In this document: positions 1 to 13,695 of the stretch, one piece after another | How positions within the stretch are numbered: the first letter of the stretch is position 1 | Layout of the letters: the number at the start of each line of letters is the position of its first letter | IMG/VR virus record: IMGVR_UViG_3300042691_037350 | Span: 32,001 to 96,000 of that record | DNA length: 64,000 bases | Source: a virus | Reading direction: 5' to 3' (one strand) | Translations under genes and position numbers: made by a program | Notes under the pieces: model-generated | Seen by the model: only the letters and a program-made list of their open reading frames with translations | What the model was told of the DNA's origin: nothing | Databases searched by the model: none

Positions 1-2
1 CT

Positions 3-125
3 TCACACTGGGATGTCTCAAATGCTAGCGCTATTAGGGCTATACTTAGTCCATTCGTTGGGAATAATTTTAATCCCAGGTACATTCAGAGTTATGGCTA
101 TAGAGCCAGAGATTTTTATTCTTAA
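3..125 (+). CDS. 3' end of an upstream gene, probably a virion/neck structural protein (partial)
   Basis: Open frame from the window edge reads SHWDVSNASAIRAILSPFVGNNFNPRYIQSYGYRARDFYS, stop TAA 123-125, 15 nt before the next ATG. Function inferred from context only. Confidence 0.6.
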   Translation, partial: SHWDVSNASAIRAILSPFVGNNFNPRYIQSYGYRARDFYS

Positions 126-140
126 TAGGGTGATAATGTT

Positions 141-581
141 ATGCCAGCTGCTGAATATAATTTTAGTATAGAAAAAGGAACATCCTTTGTTATTGCGTTT
201 GAATATAAAGATGATAATAATATACCCATAAATATTACAAATTGGTGCGCAAGAATAAGGTGGATAGAGGATCAAAGTACACCCACAACCAGAACTTTTA
301 TAACAAATACTAGAAATAATGACTATGAATTCACCATAGACCCATTATTAGGTAAAGTTGTTCTTAAATTAAGCGCAGCATTTACCGCTTCTTTTAACTT
401 TGGTAGTGCAAGATATGATTTTGAATTACAAGAACCCAATGATTTGTACACTGGTGGAGGGCGAAAAATATTTAGAATCCTTCAAGGATCTATTGGATTA
501 ATTACCAGAAATGTTCCAGGGAACGATGCGTTCTTCTGTAATACGGATGTACAAAATGATTGTGGAACTTGTAGCCCATGA
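141..581 (+). CDS. Virion structural protein (BppU/LtfC-like beta-sandwich adaptor) with C-terminal CxxC
   Basis: 146 aa. The pattern YNFSIEKGTSF...PINITNW.AR...YDFEL...RILQG resembles phage fibre-attachment adaptors. Ends FFC...DCGTCSP. Confidence 0.6.
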   Translation: MPAAEYNFSIEKGTSFVIAFEYKDDNNIPINITNWCARIRWIEDQSTPTTRTFITNTRNNDYEFTIDPLLGKVVLKLSAAFTASFNFGSARYDFELQEPNDLYTGGGRKIFRILQGSIGLITRNVPGNDAFFCNTDVQNDCGTCSP

Positions 582-588
582 CAATAGT

Positions 589-686
589 AAATGTTATTGA
601 ACAAAATAATAATTCTAAATATTTAATTATTAGTCAGAAATGTTATTGAACAAAATAATAATTCTAAATATTTAATTATTAGTCAG
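589..686 (+). repeat. Exact 49-bp tandem duplication (589-637 and 638-686)
   Basis: AAATGTTATTGAACAAAATAATAATTCTAAATATTTAATTATTAGTCAG occurs twice head-to-tail. Confidence 0.97.
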
Positions 687-758
687 CAAAAAGATCCTAG
701 TACTCTAATTACCACTAGAGTAGCTATTACTGACAATGCTAATAATTTAATTAAACTA

Positions 759-3700
759 GTGGATATACAAAGAGGTCCACAGGGCGAACAAGGGCCTATG
801 GGTCCTGCTGGCCCACCAGGACAAAATGCTATCTCTTTTGAGCTTTTGCCTATTAGTAGTGGTGGAACAAACAACACTATTTTTACTAATGATAAAATTA
901 TTTATTATGATGGAAGTAAATTATCTAGTACTAACTACAGTATTAATGATTTATTAGCTATTAGTAATGCTGATGCTATTACCGGCATTATAACTAATAC
1001 AGGACTATCAAAAGTAACCTCCGGATCTACGGTAACACTAAATACAAATTTAGGTGAAGGTCTTACTGTAGATAATAATAATAATATTATTGTAGATGAT
1101 ACCATAGCTAGAAGAGTTGAACTAACAGTCGGGAATATTTCTGGTATACTAGGTATCTCTAAGGGTGGTACTAATAATTCTGTTTTTAATACTAATCGTT
1201 TAGTCTATTTTGACGGTAGCAAACTAGCTAGTTTTCCTCTTGATACTGGACGCATAGTAACTAGTGGGTCATCCATTAGCATAGTCGCGGGATCTGGATT
1301 ATTAGGTGGTGGATCGATTTCTATTCCTAGCGGTTCTGTCGTTATTAATATTGGAGAGTCTAGTGATATTTTAGTAGCGGAAAATAGCATATCTTTATCC
1401 ATAACTGGTATTGCAGGCACTTATACTAAGGTTACTACTGACAATAAAGGCAGAGTAGTTTCTGGAGAACTATTAACACAGCAAGATATTATAGACATAC
1501 TAGGATATACCCCTTGGCATATTGGTAATGATGGACAAGACAGCGGACTAGATGCCGATTTACTAGACGGTCAACAAGGTTCTTATTATTTAAATTTTTC
1601 TAATTTTACGGGCACTATTCAAACCGATGTTTTGCCTTCTAATACTATTCCAGGCACATATTCTAAAGTAACTGTTAATGACAAAGGTTTGGTACTAAAT
1701 GGTACGGGAATTAATTATGCGGATGTGGTGACTGCTTTAGGATATAGGCCAGTTAGCGTGTCTGGTGATGTTATTAATGGCAACCTAGATATTATTGGTA
1801 ATGTAGATATTAGTAATGGTAATTTAACTCTAGAAGACAATTTGCCTATTTTTGCTTATGACAATGCTAGTCTATTACCAAACGATCCGCGAGGATTTAG
1901 TTTCGTTTATGGTAATACATTCAAACAAACGGGTATTTTAGCATACTATCCAGCAGATAATCAATTAAAACTTATTACTGATATATTTGGCACAGGTACT
2001 AATGATTTAGGTGGAGGTAATAGTGAAAATAATTTCAATGGCGAAATTGATGGAGGTAATTCTTCTAGTATTTATCTATTAGGAAATATGCAGGGTGATG
2101 AGGCCATAGTTTTACTTCAGCACATAGCAGACCAAAGATATATTAGTTTAGTAGCGAATCAAATTATTAGTGGGATTAAAACTTTTATAAGTCCAGTTAA
2201 TGTTTATAACTATATTAATATTGTTCAAGGAACCGGCTATAACGGTGCGCCCATTTTCGTGGGCGGAAATAGTGGTTTGGTTACTAACCTAAACAGTGAT
2301 TTACTGGACAACAATCATGGCGCTTATTATAGAAATGCCGTTAATTTAACTGGAACTTTAGATTATAATAATACTACTGTTAGTAATATTAGTGGTACAA
2401 CGAGTTATTTATCAAGATTTGATACTAGAACGTCTGGTCCCTCCAGAACCGTCTCTGATTCTATAGTGAGACAATCCGGAGCCTCAAACATTATTGTAGA
2501 GAATGGCTCATTAGCAGTAGGCAATAATAATAATGTACAGGGATTATATTCTACAGCCGTGGGTACTAATAATATTATTACTACTAATAATAGCTTAGCT
2601 GTTGGATCTAATAATTCTGTTAACGCGAATAATAGTGTTGCTATTAATAATGGTTCTAAAACCACAGAACCAAACTCTTTAGCTATGGGTTCATACGGAA
2701 CAACATGGTTACAGAATCAAATTAGTATTGGTGCTTTTCAGGAATTAAATCCAAACGACAATATTACTAGAATTGGATTAGGTCAACATTCAGTAGCTGC
2801 TATTGGATATAATGGTGTGACTAATGGCTCATTTCAGTCATTAAGTCCTACTATTACTATTCCAAATAATAAAACTATACTATATAATATTGATTTATTA
2901 TTTACTAAATTAGGTGGCAGCGGCGCTGCGGCATTTTCTTTTGCTAGCGGCATAGTTAAAAATATTAATGGTACCTCATATCTCTTACAAAACCACCAGA
3001 AGTCCGAGCTGTATAATGATTCTCAAATTAGAGAATATTTGTATACCATTAGAGTTGGGTCAAACACCAATCAAAATCAAATTTTATCTGTTTTAAAACC
3101 TCCATTATTAAATAATTCCTTACAAATCCAGAATCTTCCTAGTATTAGCAGAATACGTCCTAACTTATCTGAAATTAGTGGTTATTTCTATAAGACTTTT
3201 GATGGCAGAACGGTTGTTCAGATGAACAAACCAATTTCTAGTGGTTCGTTCACACAGAATGAAGATGATTATATTATTAAAATCAAATCATATAACCATG
3301 GAGCTGTTACGGGTTCGATTGTAAATATTAGTTATACTTCTGGTATTGTTGTGAATCCGCCAGACTCGGGCCATATAGTCAAATATGTTTATAACAAGGA
3401 TGAATTTGGTGTTTCAGATTATTTTTGGATAGGACATTATAAAAATGGATTTATAGACATATTAAATAATAATATATCTGGTATAGATAATCAGTTAAGA
3501 ACGGTATTTACTGGCAATGTCTGGAATCAATCTAATACGGTATTAAATTGCTCCCCATCAATTATTGGTAAAATATCCTCTGGTATGCCTTTATCTGTTG
3601 TTGATGGAGGGTTTAGCGGAACTCCCGTGGTTACTAGTGTGTCTGGTTCAACTTTAACATTAAGCGTTCCATATACTGGTGGTTTAAATAATATTAGTAA

Positions 3701-6700
3701 AGTATTTGAATTTAATCAATATTCTTATTATAGATTTAATAGTAGTAAATCAGTATTTATTGATGATTTAGTATCTAATTATAATTTAGCTATAGATAAA
3801 ACTGGAGAAGTAGTTTTCACTACGTCCGGAATCAAGATTGCTACTTCCGGATTCACAGGACCAGTAATATTAAGCCCAATACTGGTTTCACCCACCATCA
3901 ATAATTCAGGATTTTTAATTTGTACTCAAAAACGAAGCTACGACGGTAGATTCAATAGATCTTCTGCTATATTTAATCCATATTATGGAACATATATTCA
4001 ATATCAGTCAACAAATGGTTCCGGTAATATAGATATAAGTACCAATAGTTTGATATCTAGCTTTGCTCCTAGTTATAGTCCTTATGTTAAATTTTTAACT
4101 GCAACTAATTCTTTTAGTGGGATTTTGACTAGTGGTTCTAATATTATTACTAATTGTTCGCCTATTCAAAGCGGTAAAATTTTCTCTGGTATGATTTTAT
4201 CATCATCTGTTTCTGGTTTCCCTATTGGTAATACAGTAAGTATTTCTCCTACCAGTAATAGTATCACGATGAGTTTGCCTTTTAGTGGAATCACTACTAC
4301 GGGTTTAATAGTATACAGCGGAGAAATTCCTCCAGAAAATAATTATTTTAAGATTCAAAATCTATATAATGGTTCCGGAGTTCAGGTACAAAGATTGTAT
4401 GGCAATAGTAGTGGTGCATATTTAACAGGACAGGCTATATTGTATCCTGACTATGGTTTTGCCGATATGTCGGTTAATCTATTTGATATTGCTAATATGT
4501 CCGAAGCAGAATTGGCTTATATCAGATTTCGTAGCAATAGTAATGGTTTAATACCAGTATCTGATAACTATCGTATTAGTGGGGTGTCACAAAGTGCATT
4601 TTCAATCAGAACTAGACATCTTATGCCAGATTCTGGTGTTTCTTCAACAGGTTTACTTACCACCACACTAGATAAAGATCACGGATATGTTCCTCCAGCA
4701 TCAATGCCAAATTATTTACAACAAATTCCATTGGTATTTTCTGGACCCAATAATTATGTTGTTGTTGGTGGAGGAGCGACACCCTCTTATACAGGCACAC
4801 ATCCTACTAATAGAATTCCTAAAAATAGTATGTTTGATGTTCTAGCAGTTACTGGTGATTATTTATTGATTAATGATAATGCAAATTATTTGATTAAAGA
4901 GAGTAATTCTATTCCAGTTTTTGATATTTTTCAAACAGCTTCTTATACGAAAAATAGCGGCAATAATACACTAAGGGTAAATTTTAATAAAAACTATTTA
5001 CAAACCAATGATCAAATTTATTGCATATTTAATAATGTTTTTGGATGGGATCAAAATTTTAGAATTACTGGCATAGACACCAATAATAATATATACAGTA
5101 TTCGTCCGGTATCTGGATCTATTGATGGGGTTAGTGATTCAGGTTCACTGTCCTATATAGGTTCTACTAGTGGTTTTGTATACAGCCCATTAAATAATAT
5201 ATACTTTCATTCTTACGGTGGTAGATCTGAGTCTTGGGGTAGAGATTTAAATGGAAAATATGTTAATCCGCCTTTAACTGGGTTTTTTAATATTTATAAT
5301 TCTCCATTTTTATGTGAGAGTGGTACACTATGTATACATATTAGTGGGATTAGTAATTTTGCACCTATTAATGCGGGAGATAGTTTTTATTTTGATTTTA
5401 TAGATATGTCTAATACAGTACTCACTGGTATATTTAGTATTAATGATAAAATATCTAATAATATATTAACGTTGAATATTCCTTATAATAGTAACTATCT
5501 GAATCAAAGTGGGTTGGTCTATTTGATAGATAGTGTAGAAAATATCAAAACTAATAAACATCCTAATTATAATAATGTTTTTAGTATCGGATCCTTGTCC
5601 ACTAGTCCCAGTAACATATATAAGCATCAACTATCAAGATATAATGAAGCTAATAATAGATGGAAACATGCTCTATCTATCCAAAATAATTTATCTCCTA
5701 ATAAATATACAGAAACATTCTCTATTAATAGAGACAACCAAAATACGTCTCAACAAACAAGATTTATTATATTAACGCCAGAGGACCTGTCTTGTTCTAT
5801 TCAATATAGTATTGACGATATAAACTATAGTCCGGTTAATAACGATACAGTGTCTATCAACGCTGGTGATTCACTAAGATTTAAAATTATTGTTAAAAAT
5901 GGGGCGGGGTACTGGTCTACTATTATTAATGAGTCAGCACCGAGAATTAATATTTTAGGTATCTCTAATTATGAGATTGTTGATAATGAAAAAGTATATA
6001 ATACTTCTTTAAATCAATGGGAAATTATAGTTCGCTGTGGAACAATAACACGCCTAGTTACTAATAAAAATATTAATATTACAGTTTCTGATGAAAGCGC
6101 TAGGATATATAAGGATATATCTTTAAGTGTAGTTCAACCATTGACATCTACCAATATTGGTAATGTTGGTTATGGTTATGCTGGGGGTGGTTTATACTGG
6201 AGATTATTATTTGAAGTTTATGGAGGAAATTTAAGTGAAGCTCAAGTACCTAATATAGGTCTCATTAGTCAAGGATACCCAGAATTCGCCACAGCATATG
6301 CTACGGTAGAATATTTGGGTTATCCTAGTGGATGGTATGGGGTGCTTATACAAGGTTCTCCGGGTCCCAATAGTGGTATATTTAATCCTGTTGTTGCTAT
6401 TAACGATGGTTCTACCACTATATATAGAACAGGTACTTTAATAGTCAGACCAGGAGCAGGTCCTATAGAACCTTATTCTATTGTGCCAAGAACTTTTAGT
6501 AATAATATTATTAATAAATATTTAAATACTGAGTTTAATGATTTCGGATTTATTGTTCCTGTTGAAACCAACACAGATGCTAATTTTAATGTATTGCTAA
6601 CAAATACCACTGCACTAAATATTAATAATCCTATTATAGAATACAGACCTAATTTAAAAGTATATACATATCGAGCTAATATTAGTGGAAATCCAGGATA

Positions 6701-9700
6701 CTACACTCCGTTTGTTAATATTAATGTGTCTCAACCTAGTGGATTGTCATATGGTCAATATTCTTTGTCCACTGGTATAAATTTAACAATATATAACAAT
6801 ATATTTATTGATTCTTCAGAACTTGTTCAACCTTTACAATTTGACATTAACAAAGATTGGTCCTTTGATTTCTATATTAAGGGCGGAGGATCGTCATATA
6901 GAGAAAATATGCCTCCTAAAGTATATTTAAGTAATACTCCTAATATTGGGATATATAACATTAATGAGGGCGGTCCATTAGAATATAGGATAGGATATAA
7001 CTATAACTCCACAGAGAAGTACTGGAAAATATCGGTAACGGGTAAGAAAGATTTGTTTGGGGAAAATGCAGTATCTACTGGGAATTATCCTATTAATATA
7101 TATGCTGAAGATGATACTGGATATATCAATGGCATTATTAATACTAATGTAACTGGCAACCCATATTTAATAAATATTAATACTAATAAATATGCTACTC
7201 CAAATAATGGTTTTGAATTTAATGCGGATATCGGTGGAGCTACATATAATTCAACTCCTTCGCTATCTATACCAGAGAATCTTAAAGAAGCCTTGATCAT
7301 ACCTACTCGTACCTATTACAAGTATGATCCAGATATCAGTATTTGGGAGGCTTCCTACAGTTGTGCTCCGCTCACCGAAAAATGGGATGCTTCAGTATCA
7401 TTATCAAATAATAATTTATCTGTTAGAGCAAAAGGAATTTTATCTGATAAACTATATGTTGCCGGTAGAATAACTACCGTAGAAACAGAAAATACCTTAA
7501 GTGTGTTTAAGCCATTAAATATTAAGGGTTTAAATACTTCATACGAAGTATTCGAAGGTTCTCCTTGGGAATTTACATTTAGAACAGAAGGGGGATTAGA
7601 AGATAGTAAATACCCACCAGAAATTCAGTTATCTAATTTACCCACACCATGTACAGGGTATGATCCGAGAATTCCAGACGCATCTAATAATAGTTGTTTT
7701 AATAGTAAGCAATGGGATAATAATGCTAAAGAGTGGATATATAAATTTGTTGGTACGCCAATATGTTTAACTCAAGGAGAATTTAATGTTGAAGTTTTTG
7801 CTAGAGATAGAATCAATGAAGCTACTTATGGCACAGACACAGCCAATACCCGTATAACATATAAATCTTTGGGAGATCATCCAGGGCCAAGTATAGAGTC
7901 TATTTCTGATACCAGACTTTATCCTAATTGTCTGTCTTATCAGTCTCCCAAGGCTGCGTATAAGATTAATGTGCGTCAAACTTGTCCTAGGCCGACTGGT
8001 CTTACAGGATTAATAGTTTGGGGTACTTTGCCACCGGGATTAACATTTAGTGATTCTAGAGCTGGTACTTATTTTGCTCCTTATAGTGATTTGACTGGTG
8101 GATTTATTACTATTCAGGGTTATCCAACCGCCTTTGCCGATGGTGGACAATATCCTCAAAGATTAAATGTGGCTGTTGTTGATGCTCGCGGTAAGTCTGG
8201 TGTTTTAAATAATATTACTTTTTCAGATGGTTCTGCTCCTATAGAAGCATCTCCAACTGACATATCTATATATTTTGCTCAGTCTGGCTATCAATATACT
8301 AGATCTTTTGGTAACGATATTATAAGTAATCAAAATCAGCATATGCCCAGACCACCAGCCTCTCCATTTTCTATGGAGTGTTTAAGTATTTTACCCCATA
8401 ATAAGTGTTTATATTCCACAGGACTATATACTATTATAGATAATAACAATATAAGATTAAGCGGATATGGTACTTCGTTATCTATTCCATGGTTTAAACA
8501 ATTATCTAATAATCAAAAAATTTATGTTGAATTTGATAATCAAGTTAATTCTAATTTAAATAAAGAATACTTAATTACTCGCATCAATAATGATGTTATT
8601 AGTATTACAAATAATAATCATAATATTAGTCCGTCCACCTCTGGCATGGTTAAAATTTTGAAAACAGAAGGTAATATACAAACACTGTCTGTAAATGCTG
8701 CGGTATACGGAGGTACCCCTACTATGTCTCCAGTAGACACAACCACTACAGGCATATTAGGGGCTGGAGAATTTAAAACCGTAAATGGAGTTAGAGGATT
8801 TGTGGGGCGTATTAAGCCATCACTCATTGCTTCTTTAACTAGTGGAATATATAGAACAAATAGTACACATTTAGATGATTTTACTATTTCTACCATAAAT
8901 GGAGAAAATAATCAACCCCATATAATTAAATTTACTAATTGTTATGAGACAGGTTATTTTAGAGTTAGCGGTATTATACTGCCTTATCCGTCTCTAGACA
9001 GTACCGACCCGCCGCCTGGTGGCGGTAATAATTATTCATTCAACGATGGAGGCGCTATTGCTATTGCAATTAGAACCGCTTATGGAAATACAGATATACA
9101 AAAAAATAATTCGCTAAATGCTAGATCTTTATATGTTAATTATGAAATTTTTAATATTACAAACAATACCGAGTTAACATCTGGTAATCTTAGTACTGAT
9201 AATAATGGTATTGCTAGTACGGCATTTACACCACCTAACTTAAGTAGTGGAGCTATTTATAGCTTGTATCTCCAATATCTATCTAACGAAGAATTTCCAA
9301 CATATAATAGATTCGCTATACCGTCCTTGAACAATATTTATTATTGGATCCATAAAGGAGGATCTAATACTAGTGTACCCACACAACTGTCATTCCCTCC
9401 GGTGGTACCCGTAGAAGATAAATCTTTATTATTTATTAGTGGTATAAATATTACAACTAATAATACAATGAAACTAGTTGGTGGATATATACCACAAAAT
9501 AGTTTTCCTTTTCCGTCTGGCGGATGGAATTATGCGGACTATCCTCCACACATTACTGGATATATACAGCAAACTATACCCAAAGTGAAATATACTGGAA
9601 CGTATATACAACCGTTTAATAGTTCAGATGTGTATTTATACATTGATAATAATCCATTTATTAGTGGCAATAGGGTTGGCATCAAATTCAATAGCTACCA

Positions 9701-10850
9701 AGGTTATGCTGCTTTACCATTTAATAGTACAGGCGTAAGGCTCACAGATGTTACAGGTAGTGTGGTATTATTGAGGAATGCTGTTACGCCAACATTCTCA
9801 GTAAAGAGTGGTACTATTGATGCATATGATATACTCAGCATTTCATCTGGATCAATTTCTAATCAAATTAAAATTATACATAGAACTGGTGTAGCTGATG
9901 AGTTTGCGGTTAATAAACATATAGATCTAATTAGTTTGACAAATCCCAACATCTCTGTACAAGGTAATATTTTTCCAAATAAAGATAGATTAACTATTAT
10001 TTCTGGCTCGTCCACAGAGTCATATGCTGCTGTTGGATCTTTGGTGTTTAGTGGAACCTTAACTAATGGCAGTTCTGTTATTACTAATTGTAGTGTTAAT
10101 CCATTAAATATATTAAATACTGGCATTGTTTTATATAGTCCAACTAATACATTACCAAGTAATCATGTAGTATCTTCTATTACTTCTAATACTATCACTC
10201 TATCGTCTAATTATACTGGGGCTACGACTAATAATGTACTAATATATTATAGTGGATATAATTTAAATAATTATTATAGTAATTTACTAGATGCTAGTGG
10301 AACAGGTTTATGTGAAGCTAGACACAATATATATCATTCTAGTAATAATTTACCACAAATAGCCTTTAGTTCTGGTACTAATATTAACGCTAACGGTCAG
10401 TCAACTTTTGCTATTACAGGAACGCCTAATGTTGTTGGTTCCTATATTTATCGTGTTGCTACATCCGAAAATTCTGGTTTGCCACTAGTAACAGGAATAA
10501 CGCAGTGGGCGCCTAAGAAATATGGCAAAGACTATTCATTAACAATTACTACACGACCAATTATCGTGGCCCCATCCGCCACTGTATCATTAGTCAATAA
10601 TTCATGGACATATAGTTTTGCAGTTACTGGCGGTTATGTGCCTAGAGCAGATAGATTCCTAGAGATCGAGCTTAACGGATATATTCATACTTTTAATCGC
10701 ACACAAACTATTGTATCTCATTCTGGTATTTTATTTACATTAACTTCAAAGCCAGGATTTAATTGGTCTGGTATATTTCAAAGTCCGGTTGCTTTGAAAG
10801 TGTACGATGAGACTGGGTTTGATCTTACATATATTAATGCGGTATATTAA
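759..10850 (+). CDS. Giant tail fibre/adhesin-like protein (3,363 aa from GTG 759; true start probably ATG 578, giving ~3,407 aa without the duplication)
   Basis: Short collagen G-X-Y stretch; fibre motifs [14 protein letters not shown] and [14 protein letters not shown]; GLDADLLDG and NLNSDLLD motifs; YadA-head-like AVGxNN repeats; Ig-like LPPGLTF motif; N/S/T/G-rich beta composition. Confidence 0.8.
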   Translation: MDIQRGPQGEQGPMGPAGPPGQNAISFELLPISSGGTNNTIFTNDKIIYYDGSKLSSTNYSINDLLAISNADAITGIITNTGLSKVTSGSTVTLNTNLGEGLTVDNNNNIIVDDTIARRVELTVGNISGILGISKGGTNNSVFNTNRLVYFDGSKLASFPLDTGRIVTSGSSISIVAGSGLLGGGSISIPSGSVVINIGESSDILVAENSISLSITGIAGTYTKVTTDNKGRVVSGELLTQQDIIDILGYTPWHIGNDGQDSGLDADLLDGQQGSYYLNFSNFTGTIQTDVLPSNTIPGTYSKVTVNDKGLVLNGTGINYADVVTALGYRPVSVSGDVINGNLDIIGNVDISNGNLTLEDNLPIFAYDNASLLPNDPRGFSFVYGNTFKQTGILAYYPADNQLKLITDIFGTGTNDLGGGNSENNFNGEIDGGNSSSIYLLGNMQGDEAIVLLQHIADQRYISLVANQIISGIKTFISPVNVYNYINIVQGTGYNGAPIFVGGNSGLVTNLNSDLLDNNHGAYYRNAVNLTGTLDYNNTTVSNISGTTSYLSRFDTRTSGPSRTVSDSIVRQSGASNIIVENGSLAVGNNNNVQGLYSTAVGTNNIITTNNSLAVGSNNSVNANNSVAINNGSKTTEPNSLAMGSYGTTWLQNQISIGAFQELNPNDNITRIGLGQHSVAAIGYNGVTNGSFQSLSPTITIPNNKTILYNIDLLFTKLGGSGAAAFSFASGIVKNINGTSYLLQNHQKSELYNDSQIREYLYTIRVGSNTNQNQILSVLKPPLLNNSLQIQNLPSISRIRPNLSEISGYFYKTFDGRTVVQMNKPISSGSFTQNEDDYIIKIKSYNHGAVTGSIVNISYTSGIVVNPPDSGHIVKYVYNKDEFGVSDYFWIGHYKNGFIDILNNNISGIDNQLRTVFTGNVWNQSNTVLNCSPSIIGKISSGMPLSVVDGGFSGTPVVTSVSGSTLTLSVPYTGGLNNISKVFEFNQYSYYRFNSSKSVFIDDLVSNYNLAIDKTGEVVFTTSGIKIATSGFTGPVILSPILVSPTINNSGFLICTQKRSYDGRFNRSSAIFNPYYGTYIQYQSTNGSGNIDISTNSLISSFAPSYSPYVKFLTATNSFSGILTSGSNIITNCSPIQSGKIFSGMILSSSVSGFPIGNTVSISPTSNSITMSLPFSGITTTGLIVYSGEIPPENNYFKIQNLYNGSGVQVQRLYGNSSGAYLTGQAILYPDYGFADMSVNLFDIANMSEAELAYIRFRSNSNGLIPVSDNYRISGVSQSAFSIRTRHLMPDSGVSSTGLLTTTLDKDHGYVPPASMPNYLQQIPLVFSGPNNYVVVGGGATPSYTGTHPTNRIPKNSMFDVLAVTGDYLLINDNANYLIKESNSIPVFDIFQTASYTKNSGNNTLRVNFNKNYLQTNDQIYCIFNNVFGWDQNFRITGIDTNNNIYSIRPVSGSIDGVSDSGSLSYIGSTSGFVYSPLNNIYFHSYGGRSESWGRDLNGKYVNPPLTGFFNIYNSPFLCESGTLCIHISGISNFAPINAGDSFYFDFIDMSNTVLTGIFSINDKISNNILTLNIPYNSNYLNQSGLVYLIDSVENIKTNKHPNYNNVFSIGSLSTSPSNIYKHQLSRYNEANNRWKHALSIQNNLSPNKYTETFSINRDNQNTSQQTRFIILTPEDLSCSIQYSIDDINYSPVNNDTVSINAGDSLRFKIIVKNGAGYWSTIINESAPRINILGISNYEIVDNEKVYNTSLNQWEIIVRCGTITRLVTNKNINITVSDESARIYKDISLSVVQPLTSTNIGNVGYGYAGGGLYWRLLFEVYGGNLSEAQVPNIGLISQGYPEFATAYATVEYLGYPSGWYGVLIQGSPGPNSGIFNPVVAINDGSTTIYRTGTLIVRPGAGPIEPYSIVPRTFSNNIINKYLNTEFNDFGFIVPVETNTDANFNVLLTNTTALNINNPIIEYRPNLKVYTYRANISGNPGYYTPFVNINVSQPSGLSYGQYSLSTGINLTIYNNIFIDSSELVQPLQFDINKDWSFDFYIKGGGSSYRENMPPKVYLSNTPNIGIYNINEGGPLEYRIGYNYNSTEKYWKISVTGKKDLFGENAVSTGNYPINIYAEDDTGYINGIINTNVTGNPYLININTNKYATPNNGFEFNADIGGATYNSTPSLSIPENLKEALIIPTRTYYKYDPDISIWEASYSCAPLTEKWDASVSLSNNNLSVRAKGILSDKLYVAGRITTVETENTLSVFKPLNIKGLNTSYEVFEGSPWEFTFRTEGGLEDSKYPPEIQLSNLPTPCTGYDPRIPDASNNSCFNSKQWDNNAKEWIYKFVGTPICLTQGEFNVEVFARDRINEATYGTDTANTRITYKSLGDHPGPSIESISDTRLYPNCLSYQSPKAAYKINVRQTCPRPTGLTGLIVWGTLPPGLTFSDSRAGTYFAPYSDLTGGFITIQGYPTAFADGGQYPQRLNVAVVDARGKSGVLNNITFSDGSAPIEASPTDISIYFAQSGYQYTRSFGNDIISNQNQHMPRPPASPFSMECLSILPHNKCLYSTGLYTIIDNNNIRLSGYGTSLSIPWFKQLSNNQKIYVEFDNQVNSNLNKEYLITRINNDVISITNNNHNISPSTSGMVKILKTEGNIQTLSVNAAVYGGTPTMSPVDTTTTGILGAGEFKTVNGVRGFVGRIKPSLIASLTSGIYRTNSTHLDDFTISTINGENNQPHIIKFTNCYETGYFRVSGIILPYPSLDSTDPPPGGGNNYSFNDGGAIAIAIRTAYGNTDIQKNNSLNARSLYVNYEIFNITNNTELTSGNLSTDNNGIASTAFTPPNLSSGAIYSLYLQYLSNEEFPTYNRFAIPSLNNIYYWIHKGGSNTSVPTQLSFPPVVPVEDKSLLFISGINITTNNTMKLVGGYIPQNSFPFPSGGWNYADYPPHITGYIQQTIPKVKYTGTYIQPFNSSDVYLYIDNNPFISGNRVGIKFNSYQGYAALPFNSTGVRLTDVTGSVVLLRNAVTPTFSVKSGTIDAYDILSISSGSISNQIKIIHRTGVADEFAVNKHIDLISLTNPNISVQGNIFPNKDRLTIISGSSTESYAAVGSLVFSGTLTNGSSVITNCSVNPLNILNTGIVLYSPTNTLPSNHVVSSITSNTITLSSNYTGATTNNVLIYYSGYNLNNYYSNLLDASGTGLCEARHNIYHSSNNLPQIAFSSGTNINANGQSTFAITGTPNVVGSYIYRVATSENSGLPLVTGITQWAPKKYGKDYSLTITTRPIIVAPSATVSLVNNSWTYSFAVTGGYVPRADRFLEIELNGYIHTFNRTQTIVSHSGILFTLTSKPGFNWSGIFQSPVALKVYDETGFDLTYINAVY

Positions 10851-10852
10851 TT

Positions 10853-11995
10853 ATGGCTAATATTATTCTTCAAACACCACCACAAAATGTTCTAGTTATC
10901 AATCAGTCTACAGACGGTAGTTCTGACGGCGTTATTAGCACCAATCTGAATATTGATGACGCATTTCATCATTTTATATCAGTAATTGCTGTAGACAGAG
11001 GATTACCGGGTATACCAGGACCACCTGGACCTTCAGGTTTATCTATAATAGGCCCACAAGGACCGCCAGGTCCAATTGGTCCTCCAGGCGTTAAAGGCGA
11101 CACTGGTGCTCCAGGTAGTGGTATAAATAATTTATTAATTAATAATATATTAAATTTATCAGGACAATATTCCTATCTTAATATATATGGTAGCGGAGGA
11201 ACCTCTGTTTTTACTTCATTATCAGGGCTTACAATTGGCTCCCCCATCTCAGCACCACTAGATCACAATCATTATGCTAATAATATTATTGGAATACAAG
11301 AATATGTTGATGATAGAATAGATACATTATTAGAGCCTGGTACTGGTATATTTATAGCCTATAATGATCAACTAGACACATTAACAATTAGTGTGACTGG
11401 TTTGAAAATTGGACAAGATATTCAAGCATTTAGTAGCGGTTTGTTAAATTTAGCTAATTTAATTACTAGTAGTGGCGATTATATATACGCTACGGGTAAT
11501 CAACAATTTACTACTGGTAGAATATCATCTGCTGGCAGATCATTAATAGACGATTTAACAGCGACCGATCAAAGATCAACTTTGGGCCTAGGATCAATAG
11601 CCACTTTTGCGTCTGGTGATTTTGCTAGAATTATTGGAGATAATAATTTTAATGGTAGCCAATCTTTTTCGGATGGTTCTCTAAGTAGGTTTTCAGCTTA
11701 TAATAATGTAATTACTTCTAATAACTATACTATTTTACAGTCCGACAACGGTAAGGTATTGGTATTTAGCGCAAATAGTGTAGTTAATGTTGTAGTTCCT
11801 TCAGATTTATCAGTTGGTTTTAATTGTTTATTGGCACAAACTGGAAACGGACAAGTTAGACTCACCGGATCCAATTTGGTGAATAGACTAGGTCATACTA
11901 AATTAGTTGGACAATATTCTATTGCTACTATTGTTAAGCCTACTAATAATTTAACTATTTTAAGTGGTGACACTACTAGTAGTAATAATTCATAA
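10853..11995 (+). CDS. Collagen-repeat tail fibre protein
   Basis: 380 aa with [11 protein letters not shown]...[22 protein letters not shown], an HNH fibre motif, and a C-terminal [10 protein letters not shown]...GQYS...ILSGD domain typical of phage fibre ends. Confidence 0.75.
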   Translation: MANIILQTPPQNVLVINQSTDGSSDGVISTNLNIDDAFHHFISVIAVDRGLPGIPGPPGPSGLSIIGPQGPPGPIGPPGVKGDTGAPGSGINNLLINNILNLSGQYSYLNIYGSGGTSVFTSLSGLTIGSPISAPLDHNHYANNIIGIQEYVDDRIDTLLEPGTGIFIAYNDQLDTLTISVTGLKIGQDIQAFSSGLLNLANLITSSGDYIYATGNQQFTTGRISSAGRSLIDDLTATDQRSTLGLGSIATFASGDFARIIGDNNFNGSQSFSDGSLSRFSAYNNVITSNNYTILQSDNGKVLVFSANSVVNVVVPSDLSVGFNCLLAQTGNGQVRLTGSNLVNRLGHTKLVGQYSIATIVKPTNNLTILSGDTTSSNNS

Positions 11996-12006
11996 TAGGA
12001 AAATTT

Positions 12007-12285
12007 ATGATATTACCACCGTTTTTCGGATCGTCTACTAAATCTCAAGATAATAGTTGGGATGCTTTACGAACTACTTTTTTTGGTGTAGACACCTTGA
12101 CTTTTCCCTTACCAGAAAAATTTATTAATTTGACATTTTTTGGAATAGACTGCATGACCCACACACTACCTACTACGACGCTTCATCAAACATTTTTTAG
12201 CATAGATACCCTCACTTATGAATTACCTAATACTAAAATACATCTTGGGTTTATGGGAATAGATGTTTTAACTTATCGAACCTAA
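12007..12285 (+). CDS. Small protein made of four 19-aa repeats, probably virion-associated
   Basis: 92 aa: TFFGVDTLTFPLP / TFFGIDCMTHTLP / TFFSIDTLTYELP / GFMGIDVLTY. AGGA RBS upstream. Confidence 0.75.
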   Translation: MILPPFFGSSTKSQDNSWDALRTTFFGVDTLTFPLPEKFINLTFFGIDCMTHTLPTTTLHQTFFSIDTLTYELPNTKIHLGFMGIDVLTYRT

Positions 12286-12294
12286 AGGATTTTT

Positions 12295-13695
12295 ATGGCT
12301 ACATTATTTTTTGAAGGTTTTAATATACAAAATACTGATACCACCCCATATTTGGATCCCATATACTGGAGCAGGCCATTTGATCCCAACTTGCCAAGAC
12401 TACAGTTTACCTCCTTCTCCATAAATACTGATACTATATTGGGCGCTACTAATGGTGGGCTGCGTATATCGGGATATTTTCTGGACACAAATCCTATACA
12501 ACAACCTACTTTTATACAACTGAGTGGCATTTCAGGGTTAAACAGCGATCAAATTTATATATCTTTTAGAGTAGCAGGCTTAACACACAATGATATTTTT
12601 AATAATAGTTTTCCTTTTACCTGTAAATTATTTACATTATGTAATGGAGATAGTGAAAGTTTAGTATTTGATACTGTTAGAACCTCGGGTGTCAGTATAC
12701 AAGGAGGAACTCAGTGGAAGCATGCAAATAGTGGGATAGGTATCTCTGTTAAACAGTCTGGGAGCGAATTGGGATTATTCGATTTAAGAATAGGAGATTT
12801 AGCTAATTATGCCATAACCGACGCAAGAATAGATGGATTAGGTTCAAATGGGCCTTTAGGAATAGTAAATAATCTATCGAATGTTCAAACTAGATTTATA
12901 CATTTAGAATTTTTAATAGATCGTACTAATAATAGACTAAATTGTAGATTAGAAGGTTTCGATCTCTTAAATAGATTAACTAATTTTCCGTATAATCCCC
13001 ATGCTAGTGGATTGAATACGTTTGATCTTATCGATAATATTAAATTTTATAATAGGGGTATTACTAGTACTAATGGAGGTTCATTAACAAATTCTTTTTG
13101 GGGATTTGATAATGGAGCTATTACTATTGATGATTTAGCTATTTGTAATAATAGTGGAAATAGTCCCAATATGTGGATGGGGCCAAAAACTAGAATTTAT
13201 TTATTAAGAAATAATTTGTATGCTGGAGAAAGTAGTAATTGGACCCTCAAACAAGACTGGGCACTAGGAGCAGGAGGATACGATTCCGCATTAGATACTA
13301 GAAATGGAGACGCATCATATATATTCTCTGAAACTAGCGGACATATCAGTGCCGCGCCATTAACAACACCAGGTAGTGAGCTATTGTCTCCCAGCTCATA
13401 TTTTAGTAATGGAATTGGAGGTATTAGATTATTTAATGATGTACGTAAAACATTTTTAGATAGTAATTTTGTTAATGTTTACGCTACTGGAACCGGCGTT
13501 ATGAATAACTCATCCTACGTAGAGATAGGCCCAACATATACTGTACAAAATTCTACATATAATATAAAAAATAGCTTTATATTTAATAATCCAATAACTA
13601 ATACACCATGGACTTCTGGCACATTTTTTAAAGTGGGTCAAAATTCATCAACAAATTATCAAACATCTGGATATTTTGGAATTAAAAAACTATGA
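12295..13695 (+). CDS. Putative tail-associated lectin-like (ConA/LamG-type) structural protein
   Basis: 466 aa. N-terminal MATLFFEGF, FIHLEFLID and IDDLAICNNSG patterns resemble phage beta-sandwich tail proteins. AAGGA RBS. Confidence 0.5.
   Translation: MATLFFEGFNIQNTDTTPYLDPIYWSRPFDPNLPRLQFTSFSINTDTILGATNGGLRISGYFLDTNPIQQPTFIQLSGISGLNSDQIYISFRVAGLTHNDIFNNSFPFTCKLFTLCNGDSESLVFDTVRTSGVSIQGGTQWKHANSGIGISVKQSGSELGLFDLRIGDLANYAITDARIDGLGSNGPLGIVNNLSNVQTRFIHLEFLIDRTNNRLNCRLEGFDLLNRLTNFPYNPHASGLNTFDLIDNIKFYNRGITSTNGGSLTNSFWGFDNGAITIDDLAICNNSGNSPNMWMGPKTRIYLLRNNLYAGESSNWTLKQDWALGAGGYDSALDTRNGDASYIFSETSGHISAAPLTTPGSELLSPSSYFSNGIGGIRLFNDVRKTFLDSNFVNVYATGTGVMNNSSYVEIGPTYTVQNSTYNIKNSFIFNNPITNTPWTSGTFFKVGQNSSTNYQTSGYFGIKKL

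Noticed and set aside
589-686. CRISPR array or attachment site
   Set aside because: There are only two abutting copies with no spacer, and no cas or integrase genes nearby.
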